Shown in pieces: positions 1 through 9,651 of a DNA stretch of 24,000 bases. Numbering within the stretch: the first letter of the stretch is position 1; each line of letters opens with the position of its first letter. A program made the position numbers and the translations under genes. The stretch covers positions 2,025,208-2,049,207 of the forward strand of contig NZ_CP007441.1 of assembly GCF_000590475.1 (NCBI RefSeq), read 5' to 3'. The DNA is from Stutzerimonas stutzeri. Its GTDB lineage: Bacteria; Pseudomonadota; Gammaproteobacteria; Pseudomonadales; Pseudomonadaceae. The notes under the pieces were generated by a model. It ran no database searches and was not told where the DNA came from. It was given only the letters and a program-made list of their open reading frames with translations.

Positions 1-1873
<1,873 letters not shown>

Positions 1874-1931
1874 CGCAGGCTCTCTCTTGTTATTGGTTGG
1901 GCCGCCCCGTGGGGCAGGTCTTTCAAGGGAG

Positions 1932-1947
1932 AGCAACCGCTGTGCCA
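1932..1947 (-). promoter_or_regulatory. sigma-54 (RpoN) -24/-12 promoter for the alcohol dehydrogenase gene
   Basis: The minus strand reads TGGCAC-AGCGG-TTGCT, a perfect match to TGGCAC-N5-TTGCW. It lies about 60 nt upstream of the ADH ATG and points towards it. Confidence 0.6.
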
Positions 1948-2048
1948 GGCGTTCAGATTTGGCTGCAACGCCAGTGGCGGCGAGGCTTTGCGCAGCCAGC
2001 GGGCATCGCGGCTGAAGCGGCCTGTCGCACCCGAACCGTTGCACCGCT

Positions 2049-2074
2049 GCGACAACTGTCGCGTCGCTGCGACA
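2049..2074. promoter_or_regulatory. Cluster of three GCGACA half-sites in alternating orientation (possible enhancer-binding-protein UAS or operator)
   Basis: GCGACA (2049-2054), TGTCGC (2057-2062) and GCGACA (2069-2074) form two overlapping perfect inverted repeats with 2-nt and 6-nt spacers. The cluster sits about 100 bp upstream of the minus-strand -24 element and about 145 bp upstream of the plus-strand one. Confidence 0.4.
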
Positions 2075-2218
2075 GGGGCGCGATGCGTCCTAGGCACTTG
2101 GTGGCAGTCTGGATGCAGAGGTCGCGACTCAGAACGGCCCGCCAAGTCAATAGAAAAGGCGGCCGGCGGGCTGTGTCGGAGGTGCAAACGCGCAATCGGT
2201 GATGTCTCAAGGCTTGCT

Positions 2219-2233
2219 TGGCATGTGCGTTGC
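2219..2233 (+). promoter_or_regulatory. Second sigma-54-like -24/-12 element facing the TonB-dependent receptor gene
   Basis: TGGCAT-GTGCG-TTGC has correct GG-N10-GC spacing and one mismatch to TGGCAC. It lies 184 nt upstream of the receptor ATG, so a long leader would be implied. Confidence 0.35.
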
Positions 2234-2416
2234 GTGGATGGCGCGCAGGCATCTGCAGGGTTTTCCGCATCGGGTGGTTTCTGTACTTTGAAACGCGCGT
2301 TCCGGTGCGCCAGGTCCCAGGCTGTCAATCGCGTCCTGTCGGTCAGGGCTCTCGAGCGGTTGCCTTGCAACAAGATCGGCGACTGCGACGTTACTCAATA
2401 ACAACAAGGCTCAACC

Positions 2417-4417
2417 ATGTATCGACTGTTTCTTGCCGGATCGCTCTCGTTGGCAACCGGACCCGTGCTCGCGCAGACAAGTGAACCGCTTACGCTCGAC
2501 CCCTTGGTGGTGAGTTCGCCGCGCGCAGAGTCCGACTGGTTTACCTTGCCGATGGCGGTGTCCGCCGTGACGGCACAGGACCACCCGGGCGAACAGCTGC
2601 TCAGCCTCGACAGCTTGCTCGGGCCTGTGCCGGGCGCGCTTCCGCAGAGCCGCTATAACCTGGCTCAGGGCATGCGCTTGTCGATTCGCGGCTTCGGTTC
2701 CCGTTCCAGTTTTGGCGTTCGCGGCGTGCGGGTGCTGGTCGACGGGGTGCCCCTGACCATGCCTGACGGGCAGACTGAAATGGATGGTCTGGATACCTCG
2801 CTGGTGGAGCGAATCGAGGTGATTCGCGGCCCCTCGTCGACCATTTACGGCAATGCCGCCGGTGGCGTCCTGGCGATTCAGACTCGGCAACCGGGCGACA
2901 CGCCGCGCACTCAGGTCGAGGTGACCGGCGGCGAACTGGGCTATCGCCGCATGCGCGCGGAAACCAGTGGCAGCGCCGGATCGCTGGGCGCCTTGCTGGC
3001 GGTCAACGCAACACAGCTCGACGGCTATCGCACCCACGGGACCGCAGAAACTAACCACCTCACCGGCAAGCTGCGTTGGCAAGGGGAGGGCGGGACGCTC
3101 GGGCTCACCCTGCATGCGATCGACAACCGGGCCGAGGATCCCGGTGGGCTGACCCTGGACCAGGTCCGGGCAGATCGTTCCCAGGCGCGGCCGCAGAGTC
3201 TTCAGTTCGATTCAGACGAGACCGTTCAGCAGCAGCGCCTTTCGCTGGTCTGGGATGGCCAGGCCGCAGGCGACGATACCTACCAGTTGCGCAGTTATTA
3301 CGGCCAGCGCGAGTTCAGCAACCGTCTCCCGTTGCAGGCCAACGGCCAGACAGCCTATGACCGCTGGTTCGCCGGGGTGGGCGCCCAGCGCACCTTCCAC
3401 CGTGAGCTGGCAGGCTTACCCCATCAGTTAACCGTCGGGATGGACCTGGAAAGCCAGCGGGACGAGCGCTCCCGCAACGACAACCTGCCTGGCGGCATCA
3501 CCGGTGCCCTGACTCAGCGCCAGCGCGAAACGGCGGACAGTCGGGGGGTATTTATCGAGGATCAGGTGAACCTGGGCGATGCCTGGTTGCTCACCGCAGG
3601 CGTGCGCTATGACAGCGTGCGGCTCGAGGCGAAGGACCGCTACTTGAGCGACGGCGATGCCTCGGGCGAACGCAACCTGGACGACTGGAATTACAGCCTG
3701 GGCCTGAGCCGGCAACTGGACGCCCATCATGTGGCGTACGTGCGCTACGCGACATCGTTCGAGACGCCGACGATCAACGAAATGGCCAACCCAACCGGGG
3801 GCGGCTTCAACCCATCGCTCGGCGCGGCGCAGTCGGTTAATCGCGAAATCGGCTTTAAGGGTGAACATCCCGGATTGCGCTACGAAGCGGTGCTTTACAG
3901 CATGCGCATCGAAGACGAGTTGATCCCGGAAGTCGACGGACGCACCTTCTACACCAACGCGGGTCGCTCTAGCCGCGACGGCATCGAGCTCAGCGGGGAT
4001 TGGTTGCTGGGACGCTATTGGCGATTGACCGGGGCCTGGAGCTACAACCGTTACAGTTTCGACCAGTTCCAGGGCTATGAGGGCAACCGCATCCCCGGGA
4101 TTCCGAAGCAAAGCCTGTTTGCCGAAGTCAGCTATGACCGCGACGACTGGTACGCACGAGTCAACGTCAATGCCTATGACCATCAATACGCGGACAATGC
4201 CAACCTCGACCGCGTTGCCGGCTATGCGGTAACCAACGCCCGCTTGGGCTGGCGGCTGGTGTGGGGCGATCAACGGTGGGAGCCTTACATCGGCATCGAC
4301 AACCTGCTGGACCGCGACTACTACGACAACCTGCGCATCAACGATAACTTCGGTCGCTACTACGAGCCCGCCCCAGGCCGCACGATCTACGCTGGGGCGA
4401 AGCTGACGTTCGAATAA
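2417..4417 (+). CDS. TonB-dependent outer-membrane receptor
   Basis: 666-aa ORF. Signal peptide MYRLFLAGSLSLATGPVLAQ, TonB-box-like LTLDPLVVS, plug-domain motif ERIEVIRGPSSTIYGNAAGGVLAIQT. Long beta-barrel region rich in alternating Y/G/D/N, ending in the barrel strand GRTIYAGAKLTFE. Confidence 0.9.
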   Translation: MYRLFLAGSLSLATGPVLAQTSEPLTLDPLVVSSPRAESDWFTLPMAVSAVTAQDHPGEQLLSLDSLLGPVPGALPQSRYNLAQGMRLSIRGFGSRSSFGVRGVRVLVDGVPLTMPDGQTEMDGLDTSLVERIEVIRGPSSTIYGNAAGGVLAIQTRQPGDTPRTQVEVTGGELGYRRMRAETSGSAGSLGALLAVNATQLDGYRTHGTAETNHLTGKLRWQGEGGTLGLTLHAIDNRAEDPGGLTLDQVRADRSQARPQSLQFDSDETVQQQRLSLVWDGQAAGDDTYQLRSYYGQREFSNRLPLQANGQTAYDRWFAGVGAQRTFHRELAGLPHQLTVGMDLESQRDERSRNDNLPGGITGALTQRQRETADSRGVFIEDQVNLGDAWLLTAGVRYDSVRLEAKDRYLSDGDASGERNLDDWNYSLGLSRQLDAHHVAYVRYATSFETPTINEMANPTGGGFNPSLGAAQSVNREIGFKGEHPGLRYEAVLYSMRIEDELIPEVDGRTFYTNAGRSSRDGIELSGDWLLGRYWRLTGAWSYNRYSFDQFQGYEGNRIPGIPKQSLFAEVSYDRDDWYARVNVNAYDHQYADNANLDRVAGYAVTNARLGWRLVWGDQRWEPYIGIDNLLDRDYYDNLRINDNFGRYYEPAPGRTIYAGAKLTFE

Positions 4418-4520
4418 CAATCTGAGGTTTTGGGCGATGCGCTGTGGTTTCGTGCGCAGCTTAGGCGGCACGCTTAGCCACGCATTAGGCTGTTAAACGT
4501 GAGCCGATTTCAGCCGGTGG

Positions 4521-4560
4521 AAAACAGACCCCTTATCTAGGTAGGACCTCGGTCTGTTTG
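4521..4560 (-). terminator. Possible hairpin terminator between the convergent receptor and AraC genes
   Basis: AAACAGACC (4522-4530) pairs perfectly with GGTCTGTTT (4551-4559) across a 20-nt loop. On the minus strand the stem ends in TTTT, 6 nt after the AraC stop. The long loop and short T run make it weak. Confidence 0.3.
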
Positions 4561-4565
4561 CCATC

Positions 4566-5444
4566 TCAAGCGCATCGTTCACTACGGGGCGAGCGACCGA
4601 AAAACGCTTTATAGGCGCGGCTGAATGCCGCCTCAGACTCATAACCCACCGCAAAGCCAACGTCGCCGATCCGGCTGTTCTGCGTGGCCAGCATGGTTTT
4701 GGCCAGCGTCAGCCGCCATTCGTTCTGATAGCGCAGGGGCGCTCGCCCGACCAGAGCGCTGAAGCGGTCACAGAAACTGGAGCGCGACATACCTGCCAGC
4801 TTTGCCAGCGCCTCGATGCGCCACTGTTGCCTGGGCTGTTCATGAATGGCCCTGAGCACACGGGCGATGCGGGCATCGGATAAACCGCCCAGCCACCCGG
4901 ACGCGGCGCCTTGCTGAACCCAGGTGCGCAGCACGCGGATAACGGTGAGGTCAATCAATCGCGACACCATCAATGCACCGCCCGGTTGCACGTCGTGGGC
5001 TTCCAGCAGCATGAAATGCAACAAGCCTTCGGACCACGGCGCCGCGTCGGCCTGCTTGATATGAATCAGCCAGGGCAGGGCAAATAGCATGGCGCGAAAG
5101 CTGCCGGCATCGAACCAGAAACGGCAGATGGTGACTGTGGTGGGATCGCAAGCGGTGAGCTCCAATTTTTCCAGCGTGTGGGGCAGCAGGAAAATATCGC
5201 CGGGTTCCAGCAGCGTGGCGGGGTCGTCGTCGCGCTGAATCTGCAGCCGGCCGCTTTGCACCAGGCACACGTGGGCGCTGTTGCAGTCCAGCGCCAGAGG
5301 TTCGCCGGGTCCGAGGGAGGAGGAGTAAACGCGGTCACCGGTCAGGCGCATTTGCGCCAGTACCTGGGATAGCAGGTCGCCGGTGGCGATACCTTCTAGC
5401 TGCATTTCCGGAAGAATGGTCAAGTGTTCCGGTGAATTGGTCAT
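4566..5444 (-). CDS. AraC/XylS-family transcriptional regulator with N-terminal cupin-like sensor domain
   Basis: 292-aa ORF. C-terminal double HTH region LAKLAGMSRSSFCDRFSALVGRAPLRYQNEWRLTLAKTMLATQNSRIGDVGFAVGYESEAAFSRAYKAFFGRSP. N-terminal half has cupin-like strands (VCLVQSGRLQIQ..GDIFLLPH). Confidence 0.85.
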   Translation of the reverse strand: MTNSPEHLTILPEMQLEGIATGDLLSQVLAQMRLTGDRVYSSSLGPGEPLALDCNSAHVCLVQSGRLQIQRDDDPATLLEPGDIFLLPHTLEKLELTACDPTTVTICRFWFDAGSFRAMLFALPWLIHIKQADAAPWSEGLLHFMLLEAHDVQPGGALMVSRLIDLTVIRVLRTWVQQGAASGWLGGLSDARIARVLRAIHEQPRQQWRIEALAKLAGMSRSSFCDRFSALVGRAPLRYQNEWRLTLAKTMLATQNSRIGDVGFAVGYESEAAFSRAYKAFFGRSPRSERCA

Positions 5445-5573
5445 GTAGAGCTGCCCGCGCTTTGACTAACGTAGGCCCCAAGCATAGCCCACTGCGGCGC
5501 TTGGTCAGAGCGCCCCAGCGCCGCCTTGGCAGCGAAGAACTATGCCAATCATCCAATCAGAAGGAAATTCTCA

Positions 5574-6071
5574 ATGTTCGGAATATCTACCCTTGGCTGG
5601 GTGCATACGCTGGGTAGCCTGCCCGCCATTCCGCTAGCCGCTTATATGTTCGCGCGCCACGGACGCATCGTTCCCCGGTCCAAGCCCGGCCTGGCTTATC
5701 TGCTATTTATGCTGCTGGGCGCCGGCTCGGTGTTTCTGATCGCCAAGCAGCCGGTGAGCGATGCCATCGCTGTGCTCACCCTGGTGTTGCTGCTGGCCGG
5801 CTATGGAGTAGGGCGGATAGGTGTACTCGGCCGCGCAGGGGTGTACCTGGAAACCATTTTGCTCAGCGCGACGGCGTTCTTTTTAATGCTGCCCATGGTC
5901 TCTGAGGTGCTGCGCCGTGTGCCGGATGGCCACCCCTTCGTTACCGACCTGCATTCGCCGGTGCTGGTCGGTGCTCAGGTCAGCTTGTTGCTTGCTCTTG
6001 TCGTTGGTGTAACGGCGCAGGTGCTGTACTTGCGCAGGCAAGCCGCGCCGCTGCGTGCCGAGGCTCGCTGA
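5574..6071 (+). CDS. Small integral membrane protein of unknown function (about 4-5 TM helices)
   Basis: The track ORF starts at 5526. I prefer ATG 5574 (MFGISTLGWVHTLGSLPAIPLAAYMF...) because AAGGAA sits 8 nt upstream. The sequence is hydrophobic throughout (LAYLLFMLLGAGSVFLIA, IAVLTLVLLLAGYGV, LETILLSATAFFLMLPMV, LVGAQVSLLLALVVGV). Confidence 0.6.
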   Translation: MFGISTLGWVHTLGSLPAIPLAAYMFARHGRIVPRSKPGLAYLLFMLLGAGSVFLIAKQPVSDAIAVLTLVLLLAGYGVGRIGVLGRAGVYLETILLSATAFFLMLPMVSEVLRRVPDGHPFVTDLHSPVLVGAQVSLLLALVVGVTAQVLYLRRQAAPLRAEAR

Positions 6072-6310
6072 TAAGATTGGGCAATACTCAGATCCGACAT
6101 CGCGAACTGCCTAGCTAAGGGGGGCGGGCTGTAGTTGCGCCACGCAGTTGCACCTTGGTAGAGGCCCGACAATCAATTCGATTGGCCGAAGGCTCCCGTA
6201 CTGCTCCGGCTTATGGCACTTCTAGTATCGAAGAGGGTTTACCGCTGTCCGTATGGGCTCAATCAAGAGTTTGCAGCTGCACTGCTTGATGGCCCTCTGC
6301 GCGGCACCGG

Positions 6311-6355
6311 ATGGGATGGGATGGGATGGGATGGGATGGGATGGGATGGGATGGG
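6311..6355. repeat. Perfect pentanucleotide microsatellite (ATGGG)x9
   Basis: Read directly: nine uninterrupted ATGGG units, the last extended to GGGG. It is intergenic, between convergent genes. Confidence 0.98.
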
Positions 6356-6675
6356 GACGATGAAGTACGGATAGTCGAGTTAGCAAATGGAGGATGCTCG
6401 TCGCTACTTTGTTTCAGCCTGAACGGGTAGCGCTCGACGCGCGGGTGCCGCCGTTGATACGGAGCTGGCTACAAGCCTGCTTGGAGCGTGGGTAACTATC
6501 ACCAACGCAATAAGTCAGACGCGCGGCCAAGGGCGGTTATGGGTCGAAAGCCGTCTGATATGAATGGCAGCTTCTGGCCCGGTAGCGGCCCTACGTCAGC
6601 GGACTCTTCAGCCGACTACAACTGAGCCGAGCACGTTGAGCGCATTCACGCCGCTTCCATCACCCAGCATTGTAA

Positions 6676-8241
6676 TCAGCGGTTGAAGCGCTCGACCAGA
6701 GCGCGCAGTCCGCGAGCGGCGCCCTCCAGCTCTCGCCCACGCTGCATCGTCAAATCAGCCTTACTGACGTTTCTGTCGGTCGTGACCGCAATGCTGGTGA
6801 CCTGACGCGCGATGTCTTCAGCCACATGCGCCTGTTCATCCGCCGCGGCGGCCATCTGTTGGCTCATGCCGGTGATTCGATTGACAGCGTCACGGATACC
6901 TTGCAGCGCCTGCTGTGCCTCTATGACCTGGGTGAGGCCCAGCGCCGCTTCCTTGTCGCCAACCTTGGAAATCGTGACGGCTTCATCAGCTTTGCTGGTC
7001 AGTGATTGGATGATGGCCTGGATCTGCTGCGTCGAGTCGCGAGTCTTACTGGCCAGAGCACGTACTTCATCCGCCACGACGGCGAAGCCTCTGCCTTGCT
7101 CACCGGCACGCGCCGCCTCGATGGCAGCGTTTAGCGCGAGTAGGTTGGTCTGTTCGGCGATACTCTGAATCATCCCGGCGGCGGACATGATCTGCTGGGT
7201 TTCACCCGCGAGCTCGTTCACTGAGTTGCCAATATTGCTAACAGTGTTGGCGAGCAACTCCATTGCCTTGCGTGAACTGGCCGCGACCTTGTCGCCTTCA
7301 CCTGCAAGGCTATTCGCAGATCTCGCCTCAACCGCGGTCTGCTGCACATGGCTGGCTACTTCAGTGATCGACGCGGTCATTTGAGTGACGGCTGTAGCGG
7401 TCATTTCGGTTTCGCCGCGCTGCTGGCGAAGGTCGTATTCGGTCTGACTGGCAAGCAGCGAGGTTTCGGCCGATGCGCTCTCCACCTGACCGGCAAGATC
7501 GGACAGTCGCGTCAGTGCCGTGCGCAGACGTGCGTCCTCGCTGATAAGCGCCATCTCAATCCGCGCAGCATTACCGTGTTGCTGTGTGTATGTGAGCGCA
7601 ACGACCGGATCGGTAAAAGCCTCCGGGACGCGTTGGAGTATCCGCTCCAACTGACGCTCGGCAGCCGCCTGGCAGCTCAAGCCCAGGGCGAAGAAGAGCC
7701 CCAGCGTGACGATGACTTCTATTGCAGGCGGTAACCAGAAAATACCGCCCGCAGCCAACGCCGCCGCGCCCATGGGCAGCATGAATGCTCGGGCCCAACC
7801 CTTGGCCCGTCGGCCAATGGATACCGCTGGCTGGCCAGCACGCAGTCGCCCGTACAGGGCCGCAGCTTGCGCCACTTGCTCAGCAGTCGGCTTGAACCGA
7901 ACCGACTCGAATCCGGTCAGCTTGCCGTCATCAAGGATCGGTGTGACGTAGGCGCTGACCCAATAGAAGTCGCCGTTCTTGCACCGATTCTTGACCACGC
8001 CCATCCAGCTCTTGCCGGCTTTCAGATAGCCCCACATTGCCCCGAATACAGCAGGTGGCATGTCCGGGTGGCGAACCAGGTTATGATCGCTGCCGATCAG
8101 CTCGGCGCGTGAATAGCCACTGATTGCAACGAACTCATCGTTGCAATAGAGGATTTTCCCCTGCGTATCGGTTGCAGAGATCAGCCGCTGATTGGCCGGA
8201 AAGCTTCGCTCGGTGTTGCTGACCGGGCCGTTGTTTCGCAT
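6676..8241 (-). CDS. aer: Aer-type aerotaxis/energy-taxis receptor (N-terminal PAS, membrane hairpin, MCP signalling domain)
   Basis: The track ORF extends to 8283. I prefer ATG at 8241 (MRNNGPVSN...) with GAGGAT about 7 nt upstream. The PAS region [74 protein letters not shown] closely parallels the E. coli Aer FAD-PAS domain (HNMVRHPDMPKAAFADMW). There is a central hydrophobic hairpin and the MCP tip [37 protein letters not shown]. Confidence 0.88.
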   Translation of the reverse strand: MRNNGPVSNTERSFPANQRLISATDTQGKILYCNDEFVAISGYSRAELIGSDHNLVRHPDMPPAVFGAMWGYLKAGKSWMGVVKNRCKNGDFYWVSAYVTPILDDGKLTGFESVRFKPTAEQVAQAAALYGRLRAGQPAVSIGRRAKGWARAFMLPMGAAALAAGGIFWLPPAIEVIVTLGLFFALGLSCQAAAERQLERILQRVPEAFTDPVVALTYTQQHGNAARIEMALISEDARLRTALTRLSDLAGQVESASAETSLLASQTEYDLRQQRGETEMTATAVTQMTASITEVASHVQQTAVEARSANSLAGEGDKVAASSRKAMELLANTVSNIGNSVNELAGETQQIMSAAGMIQSIAEQTNLLALNAAIEAARAGEQGRGFAVVADEVRALASKTRDSTQQIQAIIQSLTSKADEAVTISKVGDKEAALGLTQVIEAQQALQGIRDAVNRITGMSQQMAAAADEQAHVAEDIARQVTSIAVTTDRNVSKADLTMQRGRELEGAARGLRALVERFNR

Positions 8242-8471
8242 CGTCTGATCCTCATGACATGTTGTGGCGACTCGGCACTGCAAGTGATTACGAATCGATG
8301 AATGAAGCCAAACTGGCTAAGGTTTTTTTGGCTATCAACCGCGTCAGCCCAACGAGACAGCTCGATATCGCCTGCGTAAGTTCGTTGGGCAGCAGCGCGT
8401 TACAAAAAAACAAAGAGCCACTAGTCGGATTGGGTGATGGCAATTGGCCTTGGTGCGATAGACTGGCGGCG

Positions 8472-8494
8472 TTCATCAGCTCCCTGCTGATGAA
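8472..8494. promoter_or_regulatory. 23-bp perfect palindrome TTCATCAGC-TCCCT-GCTGATGAA upstream of the mini-pilin gene
   Basis: 9-bp perfect arms with a 5-nt spacer, about 45 bp upstream of ATG 8540. It lies in the lower-GC divergent region between aer and the pilus locus, with no T run after it. Confidence 0.4.
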
Positions 8495-8539
8495 TCGGCA
8501 AGGATGCCATTTGATCCGCAATGTTCATTTGGGGCGCCT

Positions 8540-8836
8540 ATGCACCGTAAATTGAGCTTGGTCATGGTGGGTTGGCTGGTTGTGATGGGTTCTCCATTCG
8601 CCAATGCCGGCGAGGCCAAAGGTCAGATGTCGATCTCGATTTCGATCCAGCCAGGCTGTGAGGTATCGAGCCGTGCCAATGCCGGCCTGTACCAGGTCGA
8701 GCACCGAAATTGCACTGGCGTGGCCGCCTACAAAGTGAATGCAGGCCAGGATCAGCTTCGTCTCGGCGCTTTGATGCGCACCTCAGTCTCCCAGGCTCAG
8801 AAAACAGCACCGCAAATCGTTACCGTGTATTGGTGA
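8540..8836 (+). CDS. Truncated spore-coat-U (SCPU)/Csu-type mini-pilin, secreted
   Basis: I prefer the start at ATG 8540 (MHRKLSLVMVGWLVVMGSPFANA|GEAKGQMSISISIQPGCEV...). It shares with the three downstream pilins an N-terminal G-x-x-x-GQM-x-x-x-I-x-I-x-x-GC-x-V strand, a second Cys (HRNCTGVAAYKV versus LKCSQGTAYNV) and the C-terminal VTVYW (versus VTVAW, VTVSW, VTVTY). The mature part is only about 75 aa against about 150 aa in the paralogs. Confidence 0.65.
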   Translation: MHRKLSLVMVGWLVVMGSPFANAGEAKGQMSISISIQPGCEVSSRANAGLYQVEHRNCTGVAAYKVNAGQDQLRLGALMRTSVSQAQKTAPQIVTVYW

Positions 8837-8874
8837 TATTCGCGCCCTGCCACTTCGTTCCCGAAAAACTCATC

Positions 8875-8980
8875 TCGTCCCCTAGCCCGTTGTGGCTGCA
8901 TTTTATGGATACTCGACGGGAAACAATATCGGTAAGACCCTGACGTGGTTCTAGGGGACGATCCCTTCGCTCGTAGGGGA
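8875..8980. promoter_or_regulatory. 11-bp perfect inverted repeat TCGTCCCCTAG / CTAGGGGACGA plus a third TAGGGGA copy, in the pilus operon upstream region
   Basis: The arms at 8875-8885 and 8951-8961 are exact reverse complements, 65 nt apart. TAGGGGA recurs at 8974-8980. The region lies 105-210 bp upstream of the major pilin ATG (9086). Confidence 0.6.
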
Positions 8981-9085
8981 GCCCCCGATTTTTCCCTTTG
9001 CCTTCTCAATGAATAATTCACTCCAAGCGAACAACCTCGGCGGCGCTTACTAAGAAGCCTGCCGGCACCACTTGGAGAGAAGGAA

Positions 9086-9625
9086 ATGTCCCGTAAGATC
9101 GTCGCTGGCGTCATGCTCGTAACTGCATCCCTGGTCGCCGGATCTGCTCTGGCAGCAGGCGAGTTGCAAGGCCAGATGAACGTGCAGATCACTATCGGCA
9201 GCGGCTGCACCGTTAGCAACGGCAGCAATGATGGCAGTCTCAACACGTTCGGCAGCATGACGTTCGGCGAATACGCCAGCCTGGATAACGTCATCGATGG
9301 CCGCTCGGTCGGCGCTGGCGGTGGCAGCTCCTTCGGTCTCAAGTGCAGCCAGGGCACCGCTTACAACGTAGCGTTGGATTCCGGTCAGAACGCCAGCGGC
9401 ACTGAGCGCCGCATGGGCAATGCTGGTGAGTACGTCAGCTATCAGCTGTACCAGGACGCCGGTCGCTCGCAGGCTTGGGGTAACGGCAGCAATGGCGGGA
9501 CCATGTTGGCTGGCGTAGGCACCGGCAATAACGAAGAGCTGGTCGTATATGGTCGCGTTCCGGCCCAGGCTACGCCGGCTGCTGGCACCTACGCAGACAC
9601 CGTGCAGGTCACCGTCGCCTGGTAA
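9086..9625 (+). CDS. Csu A/B (CupE1)-like major pilin, spore-coat-U domain
   Basis: 179 aa with strong RBS GGAGAGAAGG. Signal peptide MSRKIVAGVMLVTASLVAGSALA. SCPU pattern GQMNVQITIGSGCTVS...FGLKCSQGTAY...GTYADTVQVTVAW. First gene of a pilin-pilin-pilin-chaperone-usher-adhesin operon. Confidence 0.85.
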   Translation: MSRKIVAGVMLVTASLVAGSALAAGELQGQMNVQITIGSGCTVSNGSNDGSLNTFGSMTFGEYASLDNVIDGRSVGAGGGSSFGLKCSQGTAYNVALDSGQNASGTERRMGNAGEYVSYQLYQDAGRSQAWGNGSNGGTMLAGVGTGNNEELVVYGRVPAQATPAAGTYADTVQVTVAW

Positions 9626-9651
9626 GCCCAGGTCGTCGGAGCTTTCCAATC

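Noticed and set aside
3428-4471. 347-aa minus-strand ORF
   Set aside because: It is fully antisense to the well-supported TonB-dependent receptor gene, and its translation is repetitive and Val/Ala/Arg-rich.
6253-6363. 36-codon ORF reading through the pentanucleotide repeat (…DGMGWDGMGWDGMGWGR)
   Set aside because: There is no Shine-Dalgarno sequence before ATG 6253 and no other coding signal. It is mentioned only because repeat-length changes would shift its frame.
8259-8555. Overlapping ORFs 8259..8555 (+, 98 aa) and 8288..8521 (-, 77 aa, TTG start) in the aer / mini-pilin intergenic region
   Set aside because: Neither has a convincing RBS, a canonical start (for the minus ORF) or any recognisable motif, and they overlap each other. 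I treat the region as a divergent promoter region. Ribosome profiling could revisit this.
8875-8961. fimS-like invertible promoter switch bounded by the 11-bp inverted repeats
   Set aside because: Only 65 bp lie between the arms, too little for a promoter-bearing invertible element. No tyrosine or serine recombinase gene is present anywhere in the window.
8797-9649. Minus-strand ORFs 8797..9357 (186 aa) and 9050..9649 (199 aa)
   Set aside because: They are antisense to the pilin gene and its upstream region and have low-complexity translations. The plus-strand pilin has an RBS, a signal peptide and family motifs.
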